Source of the DNA: a virus | Taxonomy: Duplodnaviria > Caudoviricetes | Strand: one strand, 5' to 3' | Virus record (IMG/VR): IMGVR_UViG_3300022886_000005 | Span: 1 to 32,567 of that record | DNA: 32,567 bases | Shown here: positions 7,493-15,152 of the stretch, in pieces | Numbering within the stretch: the stretch's first letter is position 1 | Layout of the letters: every line of letters begins with the position of its first letter | The notes under the pieces: generated by a model | The model's input: the letters and a program-made list of their open reading frames with translations, nothing else | Database searches by the model: none | Told to the model about the DNA's origin: nothing | Program-made: the position numbers and the translations under genes

Positions 7493-8886
7493 GCGCGGGG
7501 ATGAGCAAGTACGCCGAGGCACTGGCCTTGGTCATGGGGTGGACGGCCGAGCTGCGCCGCCGTAACGGGCGCGTGGACCGTGAGCGGCTGGCCGATGCCT
7601 ACGTGGCCGGGCACGTGCTGCGCACCGAGTTCCTGGCCACGAAGGAGGCCGAGCGCGCACTGACCGCGCTACGCGCCGAGCTGGCCATCGCCGAGACCGT
7701 GAAGCTCTGGAAGCAGGTGACATCGGGCGAGCCGGCCACGGTGGGCGGCGTGCCGCTGGACGACGGCGAGGAGAAGCCGCGCCTGGCCGCGCTGATGGCC
7801 GAGCCGGCGCCCTGGGAGGGCTGGAGCGGTCCGACGCCGGCCAGTGTGGACGAAGGGCCCGGGGATGTCGCGGACCGCGTAACGGCCGATCTGGACGGTG
7901 CGGCGGCCCTGCTGGCCGAGCTGATGGTCGACGAGTCCGCCGTGCCCGAACCGGTGGCGTCGCGCAGCTCGGGCAACATTCTGCGGGCCCTGGCCGGCGG
8001 TGCCGAGGCCCTGCGCCTGCTGGCCGGTCGTCCCCGGGTCACCGTGACCGACCGGTCCGAGCTGAACGCCGAGCTGCTGCGGGAGATCCAGGAGTACCGC
8101 GCCGCACTGGTGGACGCCGAGGATCGGGCGGCCTCCTACCGGGCCGAGCTGGGCAATCGGGAGCCCTGGGAGGTCGAGCATGCCGAGCTGATCCACCAGC
8201 GCGACCTGCTGGGCCAGGACGTGGAGCGCCTGGAGGACCAGTTGGACACGGCGGTTCGGAACGCGCGTGACCTGGAGAAGCGGGCGGAGAACCTGGAGGA
8301 GACGCTCAAGCTCCGTGAGCGCGAGCTGGCCGAGGCCCGTCAGACCCTGCGCCAGCTCCAGCACCCGAACTTCTTGCCGGACGGACTGAAGGACGTCCTG
8401 CGGGTGCTCGGGAACTGGGCACCGGGCTACGACGAGATGGACCCGCAGGAGCTGCGCGACACCACGCTGGAGGTGGCCCGGCGCGTCGTGGCCGAACTCC
8501 AGGCCGAGAAGCGCAGCCACGCAGAGCTGCGCAGCGCCCTGAACTCGATCCCCAGCATCGGCCCCCGGAACTCGGCCGGACCACTGCTCGATCGGGTCAA
8601 GGCCGCCGTGGCCATGCGCGAGCACACCGAGCGCGTCATCGCCGAGCGGGATCAGGTGATGGATGACCGCGACAACTGGAAGCGCCGGGCCAAGGAAGCC
8701 GAAGCGGCCAGCGTCCGGGTCGGCAACATGGCCCGGGAGGCGAACGAGCGGGCGCACCGCGCGACCCGCGATCTGGGCCTCGCGCACAGCGAGCGCGACG
8801 AGTGGCAGAAGCGGGCCGATCAGCTGGACGCCGAGCTGACCGCCGAGCGGCGCCGCGCCCAGGGTCCGGGACTGGTCGAGCGATGA
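7489..8886 (+). CDS. Long coiled-coil protein of unknown function
   Basis: 465 aa with extensive E/R/A/L heptads. ATGA overlaps with both terS and terL. Confidence 0.85.
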   Translation: MSAGMSKYAEALALVMGWTAELRRRNGRVDRERLADAYVAGHVLRTEFLATKEAERALTALRAELAIAETVKLWKQVTSGEPATVGGVPLDDGEEKPRLAALMAEPAPWEGWSGPTPASVDEGPGDVADRVTADLDGAAALLAELMVDESAVPEPVASRSSGNILRALAGGAEALRLLAGRPRVTVTDRSELNAELLREIQEYRAALVDAEDRAASYRAELGNREPWEVEHAELIHQRDLLGQDVERLEDQLDTAVRNARDLEKRAENLEETLKLRERELAEARQTLRQLQHPNFLPDGLKDVLRVLGNWAPGYDEMDPQELRDTTLEVARRVVAELQAEKRSHAELRSALNSIPSIGPRNSAGPLLDRVKAAVAMREHTERVIAERDQVMDDRDNWKRRAKEAEAASVRVGNMAREANERAHRATRDLGLAHSERDEWQKRADQLDAELTAERRRAQGPGLVER

Positions 8887-10427
8887 TCGCGCTACCGGCG
8901 ACCATCGACCGAGACGCCCTGTTCGAGCCCTGGACGGTGACCGAGCGGTACCACGGTGAGTGGACGCCGGCGATCGAGGTCAACGGCCAGTTCCGTCGGG
9001 ACGTCACTCGGTGGTCGCCGGTGCGCTTCGCCCTGGTGTACCTGCCGCACCTGCTCCGCAGTCCCGAGACGGGCAACGTGTCCAGCCTCGCCGAGCACCA
9101 CTTCGCCATGGCCAGGGCGGCGGCGAAGTGGTCCCGGCCGGGCGCGTGGCGAGATGCCTGGGTGGCCCCGCGTGGCGCGGCCAAGACCACGTGGACCGTG
9201 ATCCTGGTGCTGTGGGCGCTCTGCCACGGTCACCGCCGGTTCTTCGGCTGGCTCTCGGACTCCAGTGATCAGGCCCGGCTGGCCATGGCCACGTTCCGGA
9301 ACGAAGTCGGCTCGAACGCGGTCCTGCTGCGCGACTTCCCGGACATGGCCCCGCCGCGCACCGGCACGCGCGGGGCCCGGGACTCGCAGGACACCTACAC
9401 CGCACGCGGCGGGGCGATCCTCGCCGTGCGCGGGATCGGGGCGCGGATCCTCGGACTGAACATCGGTGGGAAGCGCCCAGACGGTCTGATCTGCGACGAC
9501 ATCGAGCCCGACGCCTCCAGCTACTCCGTAGCCGCCCGCAGGAAGCGCCTGGAAACCCTGCTGAACACGGTGCTGCCGATGAACGAGCAGGCTGCCGTGG
9601 TGCTGATGGGCACCGTGACGATGTACGACTCGATCATGCACGCCGTGGTGCGCAAGGCCCGGGGGGAGGGCCGGCAGGAAGCCTGGATCGACGATGAGCA
9701 CTTCACCGTGCACTACGTGCCGGCGATCGTCGACGACCCGGCCACCGGGGTCCGGCGCAGCTTCTGGGCGCAGCGCTACACGCTGCGCTACCTGGAGAGC
9801 ATCGAGCACACGCTGAACTACCTGCTGAACTTCGCCGGCTGGCCGCCGCTGCCGGGCGGGCACAACTGGAAGCCCGAGACGTTCCGCTACGGCGGGCTGC
9901 CATGGCTGGACGGCAAGCCGCTGGTGATGCAGATCGACCCGGCCCCGACGGCGGACCCGACCTCGGACTACACGGCGTTGGTGGTCGGCGGGCTGGTGCC
10001 GGTCGGGCCAGCGTTCCCGGGCGTGACGGACAAGCCCCGCGCGGTGATCCTGCACGGCTCGAAGTTCCGGACCACGCCGGGCCAGCTGGCCGAGCGAGTG
10101 AAGCGCCACCTGGCAGCGAACCCGGCGATCCGCACCGTGCGTGTCGAGGGCAACCAGGGCTCGGCGCTGTGGATCGGGGTCATCGAGCCGATCCTTCCGC
10201 CGGGCGTCGAACTGGTGGTGCACGCGGCCGGGCGCATGGCGAAGATGGACCGGATCGCCCGCGCGCTGTACTTCGCCGAAGAGGGTCAGGTCTGGCACGC
10301 GCAACGCCTGCCCGAGGCCGAGACGGATCTCCAGATGTGGGGCTCGGCCGCGCTGATCCACGATGATCTACCCGACGCCTACGCGCACCTGGTGCGGCAT
10401 CTCCTGGAGCCGTTCGAAGAAGAGTGA
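8883..10427 (+). CDS. terL: Terminase large subunit
   Basis: Walker A APRGAAKTT, Walker B LICDDIE, coupling motif LMGT, and RNase H-like nuclease residues IDPA / SDYTA / HDDLPDA. Confidence 0.93.
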   Translation: MIALPATIDRDALFEPWTVTERYHGEWTPAIEVNGQFRRDVTRWSPVRFALVYLPHLLRSPETGNVSSLAEHHFAMARAAAKWSRPGAWRDAWVAPRGAAKTTWTVILVLWALCHGHRRFFGWLSDSSDQARLAMATFRNEVGSNAVLLRDFPDMAPPRTGTRGARDSQDTYTARGGAILAVRGIGARILGLNIGGKRPDGLICDDIEPDASSYSVAARRKRLETLLNTVLPMNEQAAVVLMGTVTMYDSIMHAVVRKARGEGRQEAWIDDEHFTVHYVPAIVDDPATGVRRSFWAQRYTLRYLESIEHTLNYLLNFAGWPPLPGGHNWKPETFRYGGLPWLDGKPLVMQIDPAPTADPTSDYTALVVGGLVPVGPAFPGVTDKPRAVILHGSKFRTTPGQLAERVKRHLAANPAIRTVRVEGNQGSALWIGVIEPILPPGVELVVHAAGRMAKMDRIARALYFAEEGQVWHAQRLPEAETDLQMWGSAALIHDDLPDAYAHLVRHLLEPFEEE

Positions 10428-10471
10428 CCCATGGGTTGCACGCCTCTCTCCCATGGGTTAGTGTTCTCCCA
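10428..10471 (+). promoter_or_regulatory. Paired-CCCATGGG operator/promoter, copy 5 (leaderless)
   Basis: CCCATGGG at 10428-10435 and 10450-10457. -35 TTGCAC, 17-bp spacer, -10 TAGTGT 10459-10464, then TCTCCC and ATG at 10471. Confidence 0.85.
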
Positions 10472-10734
10472 TGAACAAGTTGCTCCTGGTCCTGGCGCTG
10501 GTGGTCCTGCTGGTCTCCCCGGCGCCGATCCGGGGCTTCCACTTCTGGCCGGGCGCACCGCTGGACACCAGCCGCGTGGCCTGGCTCTCGCCCCTGGGAG
10601 GACAGATGGACCAGCCCAACCCCGCGCAGGCTCTGGCGATCGCCGAAGCCGCCGCCGCGACCGAGAAGGCCGAAGAGGCCGAGTACTGCCAGACCGACGA
10701 AGAGTGCCGCCTTTGGGAGGTGCTGGGCCGATGA
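10471..10734 (+). CDS. Secreted or membrane-anchored hypothetical protein; possible internal start at 10606
   Basis: N-terminal signal-like MNKLLLVLALVVLLVS. In-frame ATG at 10606 is preceded by CCTGGGAGGACAG. Confidence 0.65.
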   Translation: MNKLLLVLALVVLLVSPAPIRGFHFWPGAPLDTSRVAWLSPLGGQMDQPNPAQALAIAEAAAATEKAEEAEYCQTDEECRLWEVLGR

Positions 10735-10805
10735 TCGGAGCCATCCTGCTCGGCCTGCTGATCCTGGTTCTGAGCCTGGCCGCAGCGCTCTACTTGCCGG
10801 AATGA
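10731..10805 (+). CDS. Small membrane peptide (24 aa)
   Basis: GGGAGG RBS. ATGA overlaps on both sides. Single TM helix. Confidence 0.55.
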   Translation: MIGAILLGLLILVLSLAAALYLPE

Positions 10806-11194
10806 CCCTTTCACCTGAGGAGATGAACATGGCCACGTACCACTTCACCGACACCCTGGGCCAGGCGATCGAAGAAGCGCGGGCCGCCAGCGAGAAAGCC
10901 AACGGCCTGTTCGGGCTCCTGGCCGACGAACTGGCCGCCGAGCGGGAGATGCACCGAGCCGAGGTCATGCGGCTGGTCGAGCGCGCCGAAGAGGCCGAAG
11001 CCGAGCTGGTGGCTCAGAACAAGCGGGCCGACGACCGGCGCCGCGAACTGGAGACCGGGCTCCAGCGGGCGCCCGAACTGCCGGACTGGGTCAAGGCGCT
11101 GGACGACAAGCTGGCCGGGAAGACCCCGCAAGCCCAACAGGACGACATCGCCAAGAAGCTGCGCCGGCTGGCCGAGTACGAGAAGTGGATCTGA
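10802..11194 (+). CDS. Coiled-coil hypothetical protein
   Basis: GC3-biased ORF. Start is 10802 (ATGA overlap) or 10829 (after TCACCTGAGGAG). Confidence 0.8.
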   Translation: MTLSPEEMNMATYHFTDTLGQAIEEARAASEKANGLFGLLADELAAEREMHRAEVMRLVERAEEAEAELVAQNKRADDRRRELETGLQRAPELPDWVKALDDKLAGKTPQAQQDDIAKKLRRLAEYEKWI

Positions 11195-11199
11195 CCCCG

Positions 11200-11282
11200 T
11201 ACAACACGAAGTGCCCCCACCGATGACCCGGTGGGGGCACTTCGCTGTGGGATTCGATCACCTGGGAGTAGACAGAACCACG
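11200..11282 (-). ncRNA. Putative trans-acting antisense small RNA complementary to the CCTGGGAG RBS motif of early genes
   Basis: The - strand reads GUGGUUCUGUCUACUCCCAGGUGAUCGAAUCCCACAG followed by the terminator hairpin. TAGGAT -10 box lies 7-8 nt upstream. No start codon follows the + strand motif copy. Confidence 0.6.
11207..11244. terminator. Bidirectional intrinsic terminator between the convergent arms
   Basis: Perfect 16-bp stem CGAAGTGCCCCCACCG / CGGTGGGGGCACTTCG with a 6-nt loop. On the - strand it is followed by TGTTGT. Confidence 0.85.
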
Positions 11283-11288
11283 GCGCCG

Positions 11289-11318
11289 ATCCTACGGCCC
11301 GTAGTACGTGATCCACCA
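11289..11318 (-). promoter_or_regulatory. Putative promoter for the antisense sRNA
   Basis: -10 TAGGAT (11294-11289). TGGTGG at the -35 position (11318-11313), the same hexamer as in promoter copy 2. Confidence 0.5.
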
Positions 11319-11331
11319 GGTGACGTCAGCC

Positions 11332-11766
11332 CTACTGGTCGTTGGGCAGCTGCCCGTCGCCGGGCTCGGTGTCGGGCTCCTCGGACGGCCGGGTCGGTCC
11401 GGCCGGGATCCCGTCGCCGCCGTCGCTCGGGCCAGGACCAGCCGGCCCGTCCGGCACCGGGGCGGACTGGTCGGCACCCATGGCCTCCAACGCCGAAATC
11501 GGGCCCTCGAAGCCGTCCAGGGCCGCGTTCACGGCCTGGGCCACCTTGCTGTCCGAACCGGCCGTGGCGTCCTCCAGCGCCGAGCGCAGGTCGCGCAGGT
11601 CGCTGGCCAGTTCGTTGGTGGCGTCGTTCAGGCGGGCCACCAGCTCATCCGCACGGGTCATCAGTCGTGCCTCCATCTCGTCGATCGCATCGAGCACCGG
11701 CGCCAGCAGTCGACGCCGGAGGTTCAGGGTCCACGCCATCAGGATCTCCAGCGGGGTCGGGAACAT
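11332..11766 (-). CDS. Coiled-coil hypothetical protein (last gene of the late operon)
   Basis: TGATG overlap with the upstream gene. Helical core and Pro/Gly/acidic tail. Confidence 0.8.
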   Translation of the reverse strand: MFPTPLEILMAWTLNLRRRLLAPVLDAIDEMEARLMTRADELVARLNDATNELASDLRDLRSALEDATAGSDSKVAQAVNAALDGFEGPISALEAMGADQSAPVPDGPAGPGPSDGGDGIPAGPTRPSEEPDTEPGDGQLPNDQ

Positions 11767-12383
11767 CAGGAGTCCGCCGGCGGGTCGGTGAAGCCGGACT
11801 GGGCACCGTCGACGCCGGCCGGGCCCGCCGGCCCAGCCGGGCCCTGCGGACCCTCCGGACCGGTGCCGCCCGCCGGCCCCTGCGGGCCGATCGGACCGGG
11901 CACGGTGGAATCGGCCCCGGGCTCACCCTGCGGGCCCGGCGGCCCGACAGGGCCGGGCGGGCCGACACACTGGGACTCGGCGAAGAAGCACGGCGGAGTG
12001 AGCCCGGGGGAGCCGGCAGGACCCGTGGCACCAGGGGTGCCCGGGTCACCGGGAGGGCCCGGCACGACAGGCACCGGCGCCGCCTGAACCACCGCCGCCG
12101 CCGAGCACACGTCGGTGTCGCGGATCGCGCCGGCTTCGCACCGGTCACGGACCAGCGTGGCCAGGTCCACGGCCTGCCCGGCCGTGGCATCGCGTTCGGC
12201 GGTCACCGTGGTCACCACCTGATCGGTCTGGACCTTGGCCTGCTCGGCCGTGCTCGCCCGGTCCCCCACCGAGAACCCGAGTGCACTCACGACCACGGCG
12301 ACCAGGACCAGAGCCCCGGGCAACAGCCACGGCGAGAGGGGCTTAGCTCGCCTGTGCAGGTGCGGAAGCATCGTCGCCGTCAT
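11766..12383 (-). CDS. Membrane-anchored collagen-like protein
   Basis: N-terminal TM helix. Gly-X-Y triplets interrupted by [10 protein letters not shown]. Confidence 0.85.
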   Translation of the reverse strand: MTATMLPHLHRRAKPLSPWLLPGALVLVAVVVSALGFSVGDRASTAEQAKVQTDQVVTTVTAERDATAGQAVDLATLVRDRCEAGAIRDTDVCSAAAVVQAAPVPVVPGPPGDPGTPGATGPAGSPGLTPPCFFAESQCVGPPGPVGPPGPQGEPGADSTVPGPIGPQGPAGGTGPEGPQGPAGPAGPAGVDGAQSGFTDPPADS

Positions 12384-12615
12384 CGTCGGGTGGCTCCAGG
12401 ATCTTCGGTCGTGCCGGGACCGGGATTCCCCGGGAACTCAGGATCTCTTCCAGCCGGAAGGCGTGCGCCGCCCACGCCAGGATGATCTTCTCTCGATGGC
12501 GCCACTCCTTGCGAGAGATCGCCGACCGCCGTACTCGGGCCCCCGCCGAGATCCCCAGTGCTCCCAGCAGCAGGGCCAGGCCCTGAAACAGGGATGTGGC
12601 CAGCTCGGGTGTCAC
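12343..12615 (-). CDS. Single-TM membrane protein (lysis-cassette type)
   Basis: GGAGG RBS at 12621-12625, N-terminal TM, C-terminal GIPVPARP. Confidence 0.75.
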   Translation of the reverse strand: MTPELATSLFQGLALLLGALGISAGARVRRSAISRKEWRHREKIILAWAAHAFRLEEILSSRGIPVPARPKILEPPDDDGDDASAPAQAS

Positions 12616-12931
12616 TCGGACCTCCAGCGGTGTAGTGCATCGTGCTGCGTGCTCGGAACAGAGCCCACTCTCGGCGGACGTAGGCGGCCGTGCTCACCAC
12701 GGCCAGGAAGATCACCGCAGTCAGGATCGGGAGCCGGTAGTTCCCCTGGGCGCCGAGTGCGGACAGATGGCCCGCAGTGAGCAGGGCACCGAACGCGGCG
12801 AACAGCCCGAACCGGGTCCGCTGGTCCCAGAACTCGGAGACCACCACGGCGAACCCGGCCAGCACCATCAGCAGCAGCGACAGACCCCCATTCGTCCAGC
12901 GGAGCACGTCCGCTGCCACCGAGCCGATCAT
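12380..12931 (-). CDS. Multi-TM holin-like protein with a long C-terminal tail overlapping the next gene
   Basis: ATG at 12931 overlaps the upstream stop. About three hydrophobic helices. The frame stays open to TGA at 12380. Confidence 0.65.
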   Translation of the reverse strand: MIGSVAADVLRWTNGGLSLLLMVLAGFAVVVSEFWDQRTRFGLFAAFGALLTAGHLSALGAQGNYRLPILTAVIFLAVVSTAAYVRREWALFRARSTMHYTAGGPSDTRAGHIPVSGPGPAAGSTGDLGGGPSTAVGDLSQGVAPSREDHPGVGGARLPAGRDPEFPGNPGPGTTEDPGATRR

Positions 12932-14229
12932 GTGGTGATCACCGCTGCCTCTCCCGTCCTGGGCCCGGTACCCACCACGGCAGGGGTACCCGCCGCCGGT
13001 CCGGTTCCGATCGTCGCCACGGCGCCGGCGCGCGGGCCGGTACCCAGGATGAGACCGACGGCGCCGGCACGGGGCGGGCGCGTCCACACGGTCACCGCGT
13101 AGTCGGTCAGGTCCCCCCGCGCGCGGGGGGCCGAGCCGGCCAGTGCGCCCACGATCGGCGCCGTGCCGGTCAGTGCGCCGGCTGCACTGGGCGCCAGCCC
13201 GGCCAGCGTCCCGGTCCGGGACAGACCCGGAAGGTCGCCGGTCAGCGCGACGGTGGGGTTCGGGGTCGAGCCAGCGAACACGGCCGGGTTCACCAGTTCG
13301 GCGGCCAGTGCACCGGTGCTCTGCGGCACCGAGCCGGCCAGGGCGCCCGGATCGGTCTGGGTCGCCGGCAGGCCGCCCACGGCCTGGGGTGCCGCGCCGG
13401 CCAGCACGGCCGCCGTAGTCTGCGTAGCGGCCACCGCGCCGGCGGACTGGGCCACCGAGCCGGCCAGGGCGCCCGTGGTGCGCTGGGTGGCCACCAGGGC
13501 CCCGGTCGCCACCGGTGCCGTGCCGGCGACTGCGCCGGTCTGCGACTGCGCAGCGGCCACGGCACCGGTGGCCCGAGGTGCGGCACCGGCCAGGACACCG
13601 GTGATGGTGGTCGAGTACGGCCCGGTCACCGCCGTGACCGCCGTGGATCCGGCCGTCATGTTCGTCCCGGCGGACCCGGCGTCCGGGACCATCGTGACGG
13701 TGTCCATCGTGTGATGGCGGATCAGGTTGGTCGAGTCGACCACCGATGCCGTGGCCAGCTCGGTCTGACACTCGGCCAGCGTCAGCGCTCGGGTGTAGAC
13801 CTTCAGGTTGGCCAGATCGCCCGAGAACCACTCGGTGGCGTTGCCCAGCGTGAAGGACCCCGGCGAAGCCAGGGCGGTCCGGGTGTTCGGCCCGACCGTG
13901 GTCAGGCTGGCCGGGTTGGTGCCGTGGTAGAGCGTCCAGCTGGTGCCGTTCATGACGGCGGCGAAGTAGTACCAGGTGCCGATGGTCATCGTCGGCCCGG
14001 TCTGGGTCAGGAACGCCGAGTCGAACAGCGTCATGGTGTCGCCGCCCGAGTCGCTGCCCAGCCCGCCGCGCGTCGAGCCGGTGGCCCCGGAGTTGGCGTG
14101 GATGATCCAGATGTTGGAGTAGGCGTTCAGATCCGCGACCCGCTTGGCGGCGACCAGGATCGTTGCCGTGGCGCCCGAGAACCCGGGCGAGATGATCGTG
14201 TCCGTGCTCGCATCGAAGCGCCACGCCAT
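12928..14229 (-). CDS. Minor tail protein with LamG/ConA-like lectin domain and Ala/Gly repeats
   Basis: GTWYYFAAVMNGTSWTLY...FSGDLANLKVYTRALT is a LamG-type signature. ~23-aa GALAGSxPxAxG repeats. GGAGG RBS. Confidence 0.85.
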   Translation of the reverse strand: MAWRFDASTDTIISPGFSGATATILVAAKRVADLNAYSNIWIIHANSGATGSTRGGLGSDSGGDTMTLFDSAFLTQTGPTMTIGTWYYFAAVMNGTSWTLYHGTNPASLTTVGPNTRTALASPGSFTLGNATEWFSGDLANLKVYTRALTLAECQTELATASVVDSTNLIRHHTMDTVTMVPDAGSAGTNMTAGSTAVTAVTGPYSTTITGVLAGAAPRATGAVAAAQSQTGAVAGTAPVATGALVATQRTTGALAGSVAQSAGAVAATQTTAAVLAGAAPQAVGGLPATQTDPGALAGSVPQSTGALAAELVNPAVFAGSTPNPTVALTGDLPGLSRTGTLAGLAPSAAGALTGTAPIVGALAGSAPRARGDLTDYAVTVWTRPPRAGAVGLILGTGPRAGAVATIGTGPAAGTPAVVGTGPRTGEAAVITT

Positions 14230-14284
14230 GCCCTACACCTCCCTTCGCTGGTCACGGTCCTCCGGAAAGACCACTGTGGACGAA

Positions 14285-14698
14285 CTACGGGGTGCCCTGC
14301 GGGACGGTGATCGTGCCGCCGGTGACATCCACCGTGGTGCCCGAGACCACCGAGGTGCTGGACAGGGTCAAGTCCCCGCCGCCGCCGGTCGCGGTCACCG
14401 AGCCGTCGAAGCACGCCGCGTTGTTCGAGTCCAGGGCCCGGAACCACGACGCGGTGCCGGTGGCCGCCGCCGTGACGCCGGCCGGGTCAGCGATGGTGGC
14501 CACGCCCGAGGACGCGGCACCGAACGCCGGATCGATGCACGTCACGGTGGCCAGCAGGGTTCCGGTGGCCGTGGTCGCCGGGTCGGCCGGGCGGGTGCCC
14601 GAGCGGATCTGAATGGTGCCGGCGCCGGAGCCGGCGTCCAGGGAGTCGACGATGGCGTCGCACATCGCCGAGCGGATCGCGTTGGTCAGGGTGAGCAC
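14285..14698 (-). CDS. Minor tail protein
   Basis: AGAAAGG RBS. Thr/Ala/Gly-rich beta protein with ATGTASWFR motif. Resembles 15757-16137. Confidence 0.85.
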   Translation of the reverse strand: MLTLTNAIRSAMCDAIVDSLDAGSGAGTIQIRSGTRPADPATTATGTLLATVTCIDPAFGAASSGVATIADPAGVTAAATGTASWFRALDSNNAACFDGSVTATGGGGDLTLSSTSVVSGTTVDVTGGTITVPQGTP

Positions 14699-14729
14699 GG
14701 GGAGCGCCTTTCTACGGGGAAGCGGGGTC

Positions 14730-15152
14730 TTAGCGGGTGACCTGGTGGATGACCTCGAAGAGGCCCGGCTCGGACATCTGCCAGGTCTCGCCGTCCTCGT
14801 CGGTGATCTCGATGTCCCACCAGGCCGTCGTCACCGGGGCCCGACCCGGCCAGAGGTCACCCCAGGACGTCGTGACCAGCGAGGTGGCCGTGAAGACCAC
14901 CTCGCCGTCCGACACCACGGCATCGACCGGATCGTCATCGGTGTCGAAGCTGTGCAGCACCTGGTTCGAGTCGATCGCGTCGCGCACCTGCGCGCGGGCT
15001 CGGGTGATCGCCGAGGCCGGCATGTCGGTGCCGTCGCCCTGGAGCAGGGGCACCGTGATCTCCAGGGGCCGCCCGGCGTAGCACCGGACGTTGAACTGCG
15101 GGAGCGCCTGGTGCAGCTCCACGACCGCCGAGGCCGTGTCCTCGGTGGTCAT
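14730..15152 (-). CDS. Minor tail / baseplate-upper-like protein
   Basis: TGATG overlap. ARAQVR...WWDIEITD...EVIHQVTR pattern typical of phage tail-region Ig-like proteins. Confidence 0.75.
   Translation of the reverse strand: MTTEDTASAVVELHQALPQFNVRCYAGRPLEITVPLLQGDGTDMPASAITRARAQVRDAIDSNQVLHSFDTDDDPVDAVVSDGEVVFTATSLVTTSWGDLWPGRAPVTTAWWDIEITDEDGETWQMSEPGLFEVIHQVTR

Noticed and set aside
7811-8172. CCTGGGAG at 7811 and 8165 (and CCTGGGAA at 2073)
   Set aside because: These are inside CDSs as x-Trp-Glu codons. The only nearby ATG (8180) opens a 3-codon out-of-frame ORF.
4760-10361. Long - strand ORFs (4760-6241, 7669-8787, 8892-10361)
   Set aside because: They are antisense to coherent + strand genes that have RBS motifs, start-stop overlaps and recognisable domains.
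11211-12485. 424-aa + strand ORF running through the CCTGGGAG copy at 11261
   Set aside because: It starts inside the terminator hairpin and is antisense to well-supported genes. It has Arg/Pro/Gly-rich shadow-frame composition, and the motif is followed by ACG rather than a usual start codon.
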